From a virus, in the IMG/VR virus record IMGVR_UViG_3300028127_000003: 64,000 bases of DNA; one strand, written 5' to 3'. The notes under the pieces are model-generated. The model did not search any database. It was not told the DNA's origin and was given only the letters and a program-made list of their open reading frames with translations. The position numbers were made by a program, and so were the translations under genes. Below, one piece after another: positions 30,363 through 39,996 of this stretch (positions within the stretch are counted from its first letter, which is position 1; each line of letters starts with the position of its first letter).

Positions 30363-32213
30363 TTATCCATCACATGCTAAACAATCTTCCATTGCTCGCT
30401 GTGCGATGTCTCCTCTTAATACAGATTCTGTTCTCATATAATAAAGAGTTTTTATTCCCTGCTTATAAGCTTCTAAATGAACTTGATTAATATATTTAGG
30501 TTCAGCCTGTGTAGGAAAAGCTAAATTTAATGAAACTGCTTGATCAATATATTGTTGTCTTACACCAGCTTGTTTAACTAATTCCATTTGATTAATTTCT
30601 TTAAAGGTTCTAAATACATCTTTAACAGAAATATAAAGATCCTTTTCGTGATCTGTTAATTTGTCATAAGTGGCTTGCTTAATCGGGGCATCACTACTTC
30701 CTTCCTTTACCCAATATTCTCCTAATACATCAACGCCTTGAACTGAACCACCGTCTTCTAGTATTTTGTCCCATACTGTTTTCTTATTTTGCTTGATCTT
30801 AGTTAACATATTTTCAAGTGCAGGGTTCTTTCTAATAAAAGTTCCTTTTGCAGTTTGTTCAGTAAATACATTTGCTGCCCATGGTTCAATGCCTGGTGAA
30901 ACATTTCCTGCTAATTTAGAATTAGAAACAGTAGGAGCAATTGCTCTTAAGTGTGTGTTTCTCATTCCAGTTCCTACACACCAAAGAGGTTCTCCAAATT
31001 CTGTAGCTAAATCTCTACTTGCTCTTTCACTTTCTACTTTGATTTGAGAAAATATCTTTCTAGTTTCAAATTGAGCTGTCAAAGAATCGAATGGAATATT
31101 TCTATCTTGTAAATAAGTATGCCATCCGAGAACTCCTAAACCTAATGCTCTACCCTTTTCAGCGGATCTTACTGCATTTTCAAAGCCTCTCATATATTTC
31201 GCTCTATGAATAAACTCCTGAAGAACTCCATCTAAAAAGTAAGTTGCAGTATAGATTAAATCAGTATCTTTCCATTCTTCATATCTTTTAAGATTCACAG
31301 AAGATAAACAACATACAAATGAATGATTTTCATCGGTGTGTAAAGTAATCTCAGAACAGATGTTAGTCATATAAACCTTTAAACCATTTTGCTTATACGC
31401 ATCCGGATTCATTCTATTGATATTACCCTTAAACATTATATAAGGTTCTCCTGTTGCTCTTCTTTTTCTAATCACAGCGGCCCATCTTTTACGAGCTTCT
31501 TTATCTCCAGCCTCGATCTTTTGCATAAACCCGTCAGATACTACGATACATTGATGTACGTTTAAACATTGTCTATTTACATCACCCTTAGGTTCTCTAA
31601 CCTCTAACCATTCCCAAAAATCATCATGTTCTATATCTATATTGACTGACGCTGCACCTCTTCTTACTGAACCTTGATTAGTTGCTAAAATAGTAGAATC
31701 ATAAATTTTTATAAATGGAACTACTCCGTCTGAAGTTCCGTTTCCTGTAATGGTTGCTCCTGCCGGTCTTATCTGATTTACTCCGATACCAACACCGCCT
31801 CCATGTTTAGCAAGTAACATTAATTCTAAATTCTTTGAACCTATATCGTGAATTGAATCTGCTACATCTATACCGAAACATGAAATTGGAAGACCTCTTT
31901 CTGAACCCGTGTTTGAAAAAACTGGAGTTGCAAGATTTAACCATCCTTTCCACATATAATCAAAGAATTTACTTGCTAATTCTGGCTTTCTTAATCTTTG
32001 TGCAACTGTTGTCGATACTCTCCAGTATGCATCCTTTGGAGTTTCTCCTTCTAGTAAATATCCCTTAGAAACAGTTTTTACATAAACTTCAGTATTAGCC
32101 CATACTGGGAAGTCTACTCCTAATTTCCATCCTTCAGATTCTCCGAAGTTTCTTTCTTTTCCCTTTTCATTGTATTCGGGGTTTGGTGCGTCGTTGTAAT
32201 TTCTTATCATCAT
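30363..32213 (-). CDS. nrdA: class I ribonucleotide reductase alpha subunit (no obvious ATP cone)
   Basis: ISCF, NICSE, VCCLSS, AIAPT, KTLYY, C-terminal CLACDG. Confidence 0.95.
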   Translation of the reverse strand: MMIRNYNDAPNPEYNEKGKERNFGESEGWKLGVDFPVWANTEVYVKTVSKGYLLEGETPKDAYWRVSTTVAQRLRKPELASKFFDYMWKGWLNLATPVFSNTGSERGLPISCFGIDVADSIHDIGSKNLELMLLAKHGGGVGIGVNQIRPAGATITGNGTSDGVVPFIKIYDSTILATNQGSVRRGAASVNIDIEHDDFWEWLEVREPKGDVNRQCLNVHQCIVVSDGFMQKIEAGDKEARKRWAAVIRKRRATGEPYIMFKGNINRMNPDAYKQNGLKVYMTNICSEITLHTDENHSFVCCLSSVNLKRYEEWKDTDLIYTATYFLDGVLQEFIHRAKYMRGFENAVRSAEKGRALGLGVLGWHTYLQDRNIPFDSLTAQFETRKIFSQIKVESERASRDLATEFGEPLWCVGTGMRNTHLRAIAPTVSNSKLAGNVSPGIEPWAANVFTEQTAKGTFIRKNPALENMLTKIKQNKKTVWDKILEDGGSVQGVDVLGEYWVKEGSSDAPIKQATYDKLTDHEKDLYISVKDVFRTFKEINQMELVKQAGVRQQYIDQAVSLNLAFPTQAEPKYINQVHLEAYKQGIKTLYYMRTESVLRGDIAQRAMEDCLACDG

Positions 32214-32240
32214 ATATTTTATATTAGAATTATTGATTTG

Positions 32241-33248
32241 TTATGAAAACAAATCGTCTTCATCCCAGTTTTCATCTTCGCCTGCTTTAGAATAATCAGT
32301 AGGTCTTACTGCAAAGAAATCCGTATGTGTATGTCCACCTGTTAAGTGATAGAACCAATCTAATTCTGAAGCACTTTCTTCATTGTATTCAAAGATAGAT
32401 TGATATCCTATTTCTGCTAATTTTTCATTAGCTCTTTTCTTAATAAATTCTTTAAGATCTTCTTTCTTAAGATTTTCTAAATCTCCCATTTCAAACATCT
32501 TATCAATAAACTTCATTTCCATTTCAACCATTAACTTAGCTGCTTCTTCTACTTGAGATTGAACTGAATCTCTAAGATCAGTATATTCTTCGCACATGTG
32601 GTTAAATAATTGACAACCCATTTTTGAATGAAGAGATTCATCCCTAACTGACCACTTCATTTGTTGTCCGATTCCCTTAAGTTTATTTCTCATTTGAAAA
32701 GAATAAAGAACGGCGAATGAAGAGTATAATGCAACTCCTTCTCCAAATGCACTGAATATTGCTAAAGATCTAGCAACATCCTTCCTAGCTGTTGGATTTT
32801 TCAAAAGGTCTTCATGAGTATATTCTGCTTCTGTATTCATTAAATAATCGAATCTTTCTGCTGTTGTTGGTTCATGTAAGAATGCTTCAAAATCTTCAAG
32901 GCCTAATGTTTCATTTAAATAAGAGTAAGCGGTTGCATGAATAGTTTCTTGAGAACCAAACAACATTGCCATGTGTTTGATTTCCCATTTAGGAAACCAA
33001 TCAGTAACCATCCCTGTCCAATAATCTGAAACTGCACATTCAGTTTGTGCAAACCCCAAAAGAATATTTCCAACTAAATTCTTTTCAGAATCTGTAAGTG
33101 TTTCATTCCAATCCTTGACATCGCCTTGCATTGAAATTTCGGTATGTAACCAAAACGCCTGTGCTTGTTTTAACCATCCTTCAGTATAATATACTGGATA
33201 TTCAAACGGTTTGTATTCTATTCTTTCTTTAAATATTGATGGTTTCAT
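32241..33248 (-). CDS. nrdB: class I ribonucleotide reductase beta subunit
   Basis: ETIHATAY, FGEGVALYSSF, RDESLH, DFFAVRPTDYSK. Confidence 0.95.
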   Translation of the reverse strand: MKPSIFKERIEYKPFEYPVYYTEGWLKQAQAFWLHTEISMQGDVKDWNETLTDSEKNLVGNILLGFAQTECAVSDYWTGMVTDWFPKWEIKHMAMLFGSQETIHATAYSYLNETLGLEDFEAFLHEPTTAERFDYLMNTEAEYTHEDLLKNPTARKDVARSLAIFSAFGEGVALYSSFAVLYSFQMRNKLKGIGQQMKWSVRDESLHSKMGCQLFNHMCEEYTDLRDSVQSQVEEAAKLMVEMEMKFIDKMFEMGDLENLKKEDLKEFIKKRANEKLAEIGYQSIFEYNEESASELDWFYHLTGGHTHTDFFAVRPTDYSKAGEDENWDEDDLFS

Positions 33249-33376
33249 AAATTATGTTTTCTTAAATTTTTTAACTAGTTCCTAAAGTCTACAAAAGACC
33301 AACTGGTAACAGATTGGTCTCGTTAGTAGTCTATATATTCATGTAGAATAATGGACTGCCTCTCGAGACAAAAAGA

Positions 33377-34774
33377 TTATCTTAATCTTTTTTTAAGTCT
33401 GTCGGCTTTAGTGAAATATTCGTATGAGGTTTGTTTATAATCTTTACGCTGATCATATAAATCTCCTAGAATTTTCTTTAACATTGAAGTCTCTTGTTTA
33501 TAGACTACTCCGTTTTCACAAACGATTACTTCTTTATCCTTTCTTCGCTCAGCGACTTCATGCTTTGCTACCTTTTCAACAAAGGCGTCAGGTGAAATAT
33601 TAAATTGTCTCATTATAGAAGGATATAGTGATGCAAAGTCAAATGCACTTACACCTGCATAATATCCAGTAATGGGTTCTTTTACATAAGCACCGGCATA
33701 TTGTGCATTCTTTTCACTGTCTTCCTTCTTTTCAGATCCAATTCGTTTACCTTCTTCTGATAATTTTCGTGCAATCAGAGATTCTGTAACTGCCACTGGC
33801 GATGCTGCTTTATATAGAGGCATCTTTGTGATGTTTGCCAAGGTTAAAAGAACTTCCATCGATTTCAACTTTTGATCTATATAATAAACCAATACGGAAT
33901 CGACTACATTGTAGTAAATGTATTTTACAAAATCATCCCTATATAAATCCTGTAGAGATCCTGTAAATTTAATCTTGTTAACATTAAGAACTTGACCTGA
34001 GACATAATCAAGTGCATTAGATTCTTTTACCTTTACACTTCTATCATACTTATCATATAATTGCATGTAATCTAAGATTCCAATATGTAAGGGTCTGCTG
34101 TCATTTCTATCCAAAGATTGTGTCATAGAAACTTCAGCAATATCAATTTGTAATCTTTTACATCTGTTTACAATATATTGCCAATCATAATTAATAAAGT
34201 TCCAGCCTGTCATCATTGGAAACTTAGGTAGGAACTTCATTAAGAACGTATAGACCATGTCATATTCTGACTCGAATTTCTGATATTTGAATTCCCAATC
34301 CTGATCAAAGTCTTTGAAATACTTATTAGTATCGTCTTCAATTTTTTGGATGCTTTTAGAATCCATATCTTCCAATCCTAATACAATAGCTTTATGTTCT
34401 GGTGTAATTATGGAAAATGATAGGATTCTACTTTTAGCTTCTTCAGCTTTTGGAAAGCCATCTACGATTTCAGTTTCAATATCGACGAAGTATGTTTTAG
34501 GCATATTGTATGCAAAGATTTCTTCTTTATCCTTTGCGGGTAATGAATCTAAGAAATAAGTTAAAGAAAACTTATTATATCTTCTTGCACTTCCTAGTTT
34601 GACTGATCTGCCATCCCAGTTTTTATGATCTAGACTTCTGCCTTTATCATTATCATTACATACATACCAGTTCTGATACTGTGAAATTGGATATTGTTTA
34701 AATGCTACTTTACCTTCGGTGTCGTAGTAAGAGATGATAACATCCCTGTCTCTCTGTTCAATATCTAATATCAT
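33377..34774 (-). CDS. gp43A: family B DNA polymerase, N-terminal half (3'-5' exonuclease, palm region II, first fingers helix)
   Basis: DIETE, GWNFINYD, YNVVDS exonuclease motifs, YAGAYV, DFASLYPS; ends ...RKDYKQ...RLKKRLR. Confidence 0.92.
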   Translation of the reverse strand: MILDIEQRDRDVIISYYDTEGKVAFKQYPISQYQNWYVCNDNDKGRSLDHKNWDGRSVKLGSARRYNKFSLTYFLDSLPAKDKEEIFAYNMPKTYFVDIETEIVDGFPKAEEAKSRILSFSIITPEHKAIVLGLEDMDSKSIQKIEDDTNKYFKDFDQDWEFKYQKFESEYDMVYTFLMKFLPKFPMMTGWNFINYDWQYIVNRCKRLQIDIAEVSMTQSLDRNDSRPLHIGILDYMQLYDKYDRSVKVKESNALDYVSGQVLNVNKIKFTGSLQDLYRDDFVKYIYYNVVDSVLVYYIDQKLKSMEVLLTLANITKMPLYKAASPVAVTESLIARKLSEEGKRIGSEKKEDSEKNAQYAGAYVKEPITGYYAGVSAFDFASLYPSIMRQFNISPDAFVEKVAKHEVAERRKDKEVIVCENGVVYKQETSMLKKILGDLYDQRKDYKQTSYEYFTKADRLKKRLR

Positions 34775-35241
34775 TAATAGTTATTTTTCTGACGGTTAAC
34801 ATTCTCTTCTGCTTTTGCGAAGTAGTAGTTGTATGCTGTTTTAGCATCTAGCCCAATTGAAGCGGCGTAATTAATAAAGAAGTGTAGAATGTCTACCCAT
34901 TCCATATACAATTCTTTTTTGTCGCCTTCGGACATGTCAGAAATTTTTAACTTATCATACTTAGTGAAGTCTTTTTTCCAGTATTTCCATACTGCATTAC
35001 CACTTCCGTCTTTAATACCGCCTAGAGCATCTGTCATTTCATGAATTTCGTCAACTACTGCATGTGTGTTACAGTGCCAGAAATCCATAATTTCTCGGAT
35101 TGTCATATTATCAAAGTTAAAACCATAAGTCTGCTCTTGCATCTTCTTTTGGTTTTCCATGATATCTGCTAAGTGTGTTGTTGATTGGTCGTAAAAATCT
35201 TTTACTTCTAGATCTTTACATTCGTTGTCAATGTTTGCCAT
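34774..35241 (-). CDS. gp56: dCTPase/dUTPase (T4 gp56 family)
   Basis: NEC N-terminus, DEIHEM..AL, AVWKYWK, EWVDILHF, RQKNNY C-terminus follow T4 gp56 along its whole length. Confidence 0.85.
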   Translation of the reverse strand: MANIDNECKDLEVKDFYDQSTTHLADIMENQKKMQEQTYGFNFDNMTIREIMDFWHCNTHAVVDEIHEMTDALGGIKDGSGNAVWKYWKKDFTKYDKLKISDMSEGDKKELYMEWVDILHFFINYAASIGLDAKTAYNYYFAKAEENVNRQKNNY

Positions 35242-35277
35242 TTTTTCGCTACTTTTTAATGTTACTTATTATTCTAC

Positions 35278-36501
35278 TTAAAATAATGAATCTGTTTTTA
35301 ATTCTACTGGTTTTTCTACTGATCTTTTATTAACATTGTTAATAGCTTCAAAGAGATCATTGTTAACAACTTCTGGCGCGTTGTGTAATTTAGCTAATCT
35401 TAAAGAGTTTTTTCTAAACTCTTCTCTTCTTTCGTTATTGTTTGCTAATTCTAAAATCTGTGGAATAGAAGCTGCAATATCTTCTTTGTCTACGAAGATT
35501 GCAAAATCTTCAAGTTCTATGAAAGGAACTCCTTCTGTTCTGTGAATAACGTGAGTTCCCCAGTGTTTGTCAAATAGTGGTATAGTTCCCGCTGCAATAA
35601 CCTCACACATTGCATATTCAATCATTGAACCATAGAGTCTTTCTGGTAAGTTAAAGAATTCTGCACCGAACATTGATTTTCCAAGTTCTGCCATTCCTTC
35701 TGCTAAATTATAAGGCCCATACATATACATTCTGTCTTCGACTTGTGGATATGTAACAGGGTTTTTGATTTCATGAACTTCAAAGATATCTTCTCTTAGA
35801 GTTTTTCTATCTTCTTGTAAAAACATAGGAAGAGCTCCAATAGATCTTTCAACTCCTCTACATTCTGTTACGAAATTATTACCTTTCAATAGTTCCATAA
35901 TATCGAACATTCTAAAAGGATCTTTAAATCCAGCAAATCTTCCAAAGTATGTAGTTCTTCTTTCTTGTTCTTCAACTGGAACCACAATATTAGACCATGC
36001 ATCATAGTCATAAGGATTAAGATTCATTTCGATTAATGGAGTATCAGGTGCATGTTCTCTTAATTTATTTGCAAAATTAGATCTTGCAGAATAGTTGAAC
36101 ATAGCGTCCATTGATTTCATGATTTCCCAATACTTATAATTCTTTGCTAAGTTTGCAGTGTTATGATCTAAGCAGTTTCCTATTTTAATAGGATTTTCTA
36201 AACCATAAATACAGTGCTCAATAAAATCTTCGTTGAATTCATCTCCTACTGATTTATGCGGATACGATGTGTAATATACTACATCACTTTTTTCAAGTTC
36301 TTTAGCGATATTAGGAATATCCTTTCTTTTAAATTCAGTGCAAACAATATCTGTAGTTTTATGGCGAGGCCATTTCTTTTCTACCGCTGCATAAATCGTG
36401 GCATCATGGCCTTCTTTTATAAGCCAATTATAAAATTCGATTGTGTGTCTTGTGAGTCCACAACCTTCAACTCCTTTTGCTAATACTAATGCTATTTTCA
36501 T
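35278..36501 (-). CDS. agt: DNA alpha-glucosyltransferase homolog (GT-B)
   Basis: N-terminus MKIALVLAKGVEGCGLT versus T4 AGT MRICIFMARGLEGCGVT; GRFAGFKDP; EYAMCE...GTIPLF. Confidence 0.8.
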   Translation of the reverse strand: MKIALVLAKGVEGCGLTRHTIEFYNWLIKEGHDATIYAAVEKKWPRHKTTDIVCTEFKRKDIPNIAKELEKSDVVYYTSYPHKSVGDEFNEDFIEHCIYGLENPIKIGNCLDHNTANLAKNYKYWEIMKSMDAMFNYSARSNFANKLREHAPDTPLIEMNLNPYDYDAWSNIVVPVEEQERRTTYFGRFAGFKDPFRMFDIMELLKGNNFVTECRGVERSIGALPMFLQEDRKTLREDIFEVHEIKNPVTYPQVEDRMYMYGPYNLAEGMAELGKSMFGAEFFNLPERLYGSMIEYAMCEVIAAGTIPLFDKHWGTHVIHRTEGVPFIELEDFAIFVDKEDIAASIPQILELANNNERREEFRKNSLRLAKLHNAPEVVNNDLFEAINNVNKRSVEKPVELKTDSLF

Positions 36502-36851
36502 ATTTGTGATCCGTGTTTTATGTTAAATCCTCCATGTTTTCTGTATGATTGGTCTTCTTCTCCTATTTGTATTTCTCCTTCATATCCTTTTTCAGATGAA
36601 TCAGAATATACGTCCATTTCGGAATAGACTAAATCTCCTAATGCGTTATGTGTTTCTTCGTCATTTACCCCGATATCAGTTCCTACTAATTCGTCCATTC
36701 CTTCCAGCTCCCAATAGTTTTCTGCTAAGTATTGAACGAATTCTTCTTCGGTTGCTCCTTTATAATTAGGGAATTTTTCAGTGTCTAATGTTACGATAGG
36801 AGTTGCTTCGGCAATATATCGATACTCGGTTCTTCTTACCTGTACTTTCAT
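36498..36851 (-). CDS. acidic hypothetical protein
   Basis: 117 aa ORF in an operon with agt. Confidence 0.75.
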   Translation of the reverse strand: MKVQVRRTEYRYIAEATPIVTLDTEKFPNYKGATEEEFVQYLAENYWELEGMDELVGTDIGVNDEETHNALGDLVYSEMDVYSDSSEKGYEGEIQIGEEDQSYRKHGGFNIKHGSQI

Positions 36852-37118
36852 TTATTTTCCGTTTTCGTAATTATCTAAACCTTGAATGTATGCTACTGCA
36901 TCTAAGAGATTATCTCTTTTATGATTGTAACTTTCTCTTGAAAACTTAAGAGCAACTAATGCTTTAAACATATCAGCGCCACTTACATCATGGCCTGTCA
37001 TACCTTTAAATATTAGGGCAGCTCTGTCCATGCCTTCTGAAAAAGGACCGTAATTACGATCCGCTTCTTCACTCCTGTTGTTTACAATTTCGTTTGCTTC
37101 TTCTAAGATACTTTTCAT
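36852..37118 (-). CDS. DUF6378-like protein (putative nucleotide pyrophosphatase-associated helical domain)
   Basis: ILEEA..IV..R....YG....M.....LK.SR......DN..D..AY pattern. Confidence 0.65.
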   Translation of the reverse strand: MKSILEEANEIVNNRSEEADRNYGPFSEGMDRAALIFKGMTGHDVSGADMFKALVALKFSRESYNHKRDNLLDAVAYIQGLDNYENGK

Positions 37119-37142
37119 AAGAATGTGTTTAATTATTATACT

Positions 37143-37319
37143 CTATATATGCGTTTTGTTTACGGCTAATTTTTCTAATTTTGATTCTACTAGAATTATT
37201 AGATCTTCAATTCCTTCGTTATACGCGAATTGTGTTTCGTGGTCCATGTTTGCATACTTAATTTCATCTGCTGCATTGGTTAGTAGATTAACCAATACCT
37301 TTACGTCTTCTTTGCTCAT
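37143..37319 (-). CDS. small hypothetical protein missed by the ORF track (58 aa)
   Basis: Hand-translated MSKEDVKVLVNLLTNAADEIKYANMDHETQFAYNEGIEDLIILVESKLEKLAVNKTHI*. Confidence 0.7.
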   Translation of the reverse strand: MSKEDVKVLVNLLTNAADEIKYANMDHETQFAYNEGIEDLIILVESKLEKLAVNKTHI

Positions 37320-37326
37320 CTTTGTT

Positions 37327-38268
37327 TTATTTTAGTAAGTTTTCTATTCCTAATTCTTCGGCGAAAGCAACTGTGATATCCTTTAGCAGCTTTACATTTT
37401 CTTCTGAGAAATCAGTGTTATCAAATTTAAATGAAATTGTTTTATCATTTGCACCTGTGCTTTCTTTTACGAATTCAAAACCTGGAACTTTAGATTTTAT
37501 ACTATCAATTATCTTTCCTGTTTCATCTATGATTCTAGTAAGTCCATGATCTTTAACTAAATATCCTGATATTTTAATTCCAAGGTCATGGTTCTTTTGA
37601 TTAATAACCCATTCTATACCCAATCTAGAACCAGTATAAGCCTTTCCAATATAAAGGTATCTACTGCGGTGTGGTAATTCTTTTCTATTTTTGAATCCCA
37701 TTTCAGATGAAGCGACTTTCATCCATTTTAAACCAAGCTCTTCAAGCGAAGCGAGTTTAACTGAAACCTTTTCCTTCTTTTCTTCTATTCCATATACATC
37801 TGCAAAATAACCTTGATCATTGAACCTTAGATGTATAGCATAAGAATCTTCCATCTTAGAAAATTCATTAAGATAGGGTGCATCGAATTCTTTAAACGCA
37901 ATTGCAAATGAATATACTTGTTCGTAATCCTGTTTAAGTCTATTGGATTTAAGATAGAACTGTTCATGGTGATCATTGTCCCATTTACCCTTTTGAGATT
38001 GACTCATCACTTCAAAATAATACATCTGTCCTTCGTCTTCAAACGTAAGATCAGCTCTTTTGGTTGCCATTCCAATTGTGATAGGTGTTTCTAATTTTCT
38101 GTCTATATCTTCAATGCTGGATAAACCACATGCTTCGATTACAGTGTTCATTTCTTCTTTGCCAAAAAAGGCTTCTACGAATTGAGTTTCTCTATTACAT
38201 TCATAGGCTGAAAATACATCTGTTAATGTGTGGTCGTTGGTTTTAATTCCTTTCGAATATCTTTTCAT
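37327..38268 (-). CDS. PD-(D/E)XK-like nuclease-fold protein (DUF4268-associated type)
   Basis: RADLTF.D....YYFEVMSQ...DNDHHEQ resembles the D..IENQ...DH.H motif of NucS-like/DUF4268 proteins. Confidence 0.45.
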   Translation of the reverse strand: MKRYSKGIKTNDHTLTDVFSAYECNRETQFVEAFFGKEEMNTVIEACGLSSIEDIDRKLETPITIGMATKRADLTFEDEGQMYYFEVMSQSQKGKWDNDHHEQFYLKSNRLKQDYEQVYSFAIAFKEFDAPYLNEFSKMEDSYAIHLRFNDQGYFADVYGIEEKKEKVSVKLASLEELGLKWMKVASSEMGFKNRKELPHRSRYLYIGKAYTGSRLGIEWVINQKNHDLGIKISGYLVKDHGLTRIIDETGKIIDSIKSKVPGFEFVKESTGANDKTISFKFDNTDFSEENVKLLKDITVAFAEELGIENLLK

Positions 38269-38363
38269 TTATTGCTTTGTTTATTAATTACTATACTAAT
38301 ATAACAAAAAAACCCGAGATAAAAAAATCTCGGGCTGCTTTTTTTCAAAAAAAGTGCAATGTT

Positions 38364-38579
38364 TTACAAATCTTCTGGAAAATACTTGTCAAGTGCTTCT
38401 AACTTATCATCAGCGTCAACTAACATTGATAAAGCTTCTTCTGCATTTTTATAGAAATCACCAGTTGAGTGATCTCCAATACCAGATCCTTTATTTCCTA
38501 AAAGATCTAAAGATAAAAGTGCTTTTGATTTTTCAGCTAAGGCACTAGCTCTTAGCATTTCGATTAATTTCTTATTCAT
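38364..38579 (-). CDS. conserved small phage protein
   Basis: 71 aa, two helices around GIGDHS. Confidence 0.75.
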   Translation of the reverse strand: MNKKLIEMLRASALAEKSKALLSLDLLGNKGSGIGDHSTGDFYKNAEEALSMLVDADDKLEALDKYFPEDL

Positions 38580-39505
38580 AATTGAGTTTCTAGTAGTTTA
38601 AATGTTTCTTCTTTTAAAAATTCTTCAAAGGATAAAGGGATCATTTCTCCTAAAATAGCATTTACCTTTGAGCTATTAAGTGCGTATCTTCTATCATGTC
38701 CTAGACGGTCTGCTACAAATTCAAATTCAGGAGTTTTGCCCATGATGTTTCCTATCATTTCAATAACTTCTAAATTAGTGTATCTTTCCTCTGAACCAAT
38801 ATTAAATACTTCGTTAATTCGGTCTGACATCATTAAGTTATAAATAACTAAAGTGTTGTCTGTTACGTCCATCCATTCTCTAACTTGCTTTCCATCTCCA
38901 TAAACAGGAATTTTCTTTCCTTCTTTAATAGAGCGCATGATAGTTGGGATAAATTTTTCTTTATGTTGATGAGCACCATAATTGTTACATGTTCTGGTAA
39001 TAATATATGGAAGATCAAATGTTCTGTTAGCTGAAAGGACTAGCATGTCTGATGATGCTTTAGTCGCCGAATAATAAGAAGAAGCTACTAGCGGAAATTC
39101 TTCATCCGCTACTACGTCCTTACTAATGTCGTCCATGTCGCCGTAAACTTCATCTGTAGAAATATGAATAAATTTTCTAAGATTAGGGTTTTGTCTAGCA
39201 CACTCTAAAAGATTGAACGTTCCTTCAACGTTTGTTCTAACGAAAGGTCTTCCGTCTTTAATAGAATTATCTACATGACTCTCAGCTGCGAAGTGAACAA
39301 GGAAATCATATTCTCCTAGATCTTCTACTGTTACTTCGCAAATATCTTTCTGAATTAATGTTACTTTAGTTTTAATGTTATTTGGATTTGCAGCATAAGT
39401 CATTTTATCAACTACTACAATTTCTGCTGTTGGGTTTTTTCTACCAATCGTGTTTACAAATTCAGATCCTATAAATCCAAATCCACCAGTTACTATTATT
39501 CTCAT
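38576..39505 (-). CDS. rfbB: dTDP-glucose 4,6-dehydratase
   Basis: TGGFGFIGS, DKMTYA, FAAESHVDNSI, ISTDEVYG, YSATK, CNNYG, DRLGHDRRY. Confidence 0.95.
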   Translation of the reverse strand: MRIIVTGGFGFIGSEFVNTIGRKNPTAEIVVVDKMTYAANPNNIKTKVTLIQKDICEVTVEDLGEYDFLVHFAAESHVDNSIKDGRPFVRTNVEGTFNLLECARQNPNLRKFIHISTDEVYGDMDDISKDVVADEEFPLVASSYYSATKASSDMLVLSANRTFDLPYIITRTCNNYGAHQHKEKFIPTIMRSIKEGKKIPVYGDGKQVREWMDVTDNTLVIYNLMMSDRINEVFNIGSEERYTNLEVIEMIGNIMGKTPEFEFVADRLGHDRRYALNSSKVNAILGEMIPLSFEEFLKEETFKLLETQL

Positions 39506-39996
39506 TTGTTATTAATTATTTTAGCCGCTTCATCAGCTGTTAATGACTTTACGTTTTCTTCTATAATAGAAGGATTCTGTAAGATGGTTTGCTTAGTTAT
39601 TAAATCTTTAATTCTTGTCGTAGACCAATTATGTGATCTAGTTGTATAAATAACCTCAATTGGCATGTGATCTCCTGTGAATCTTTTACCAATGTAATCA
39701 TCTCCTAAAATTCTAACATCTGGTTTATAAAATTCCATTAAGTTAATAAGATCTTCTTCTGTTTGATATGTAACTACTTCGTCTACGTATTTAATAGCCA
39801 TTAAAGTTTTATATCTTTCGTATAATGGAATTACTGGCTTGTATTTAGTAAATCTAGTTTCCGAAGGATCTCTTTGCAGAAATACCATAAAGTAATCACA
39901 GTGTTCTTTTGCTGTTTCGAATGTGTAAATATATCCAGGGTGAAGAAGATCGAAGTTCCCTGCTGTAAATCCTATTTTACCTTTATTTTGATCCAT
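39502..39996 (-). CDS. TagD-like cytidylyltransferase
   Basis: GNFDLLHPGY (HxGH variant), ER...L.AIKYVDEV, LGDDY, RSHNWSTT. Confidence 0.85.
   Translation of the reverse strand: MDQNKGKIGFTAGNFDLLHPGYIYTFETAKEHCDYFMVFLQRDPSETRFTKYKPVIPLYERYKTLMAIKYVDEVVTYQTEEDLINLMEFYKPDVRILGDDYIGKRFTGDHMPIEVIYTTRSHNWSTTRIKDLITKQTILQNPSIIEENVKSLTADEAAKIINNK

Noticed and set aside
1053-32213. Inteins, introns or homing endonucleases in terL, helicase, uvsX or nrdA
   Set aside because: Protein lengths are normal and no LAGLIDADG, HNH, GIY-YIG or splice motifs were seen.
32241-33248. NrdB with Glu as first metal ligand (TECAV) as a class Ic/Id marker
   Set aside because: The radical Tyr is present (IHATAY) and no class Id lysine is evident; the subclass cannot be called without an alignment.
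28258-34774. Split intein linking the two polymerase halves
   Set aside because: No Cys-initiated intein N-segment at the end of 43A and no His-Asn/Cys junction at the start of 43B.
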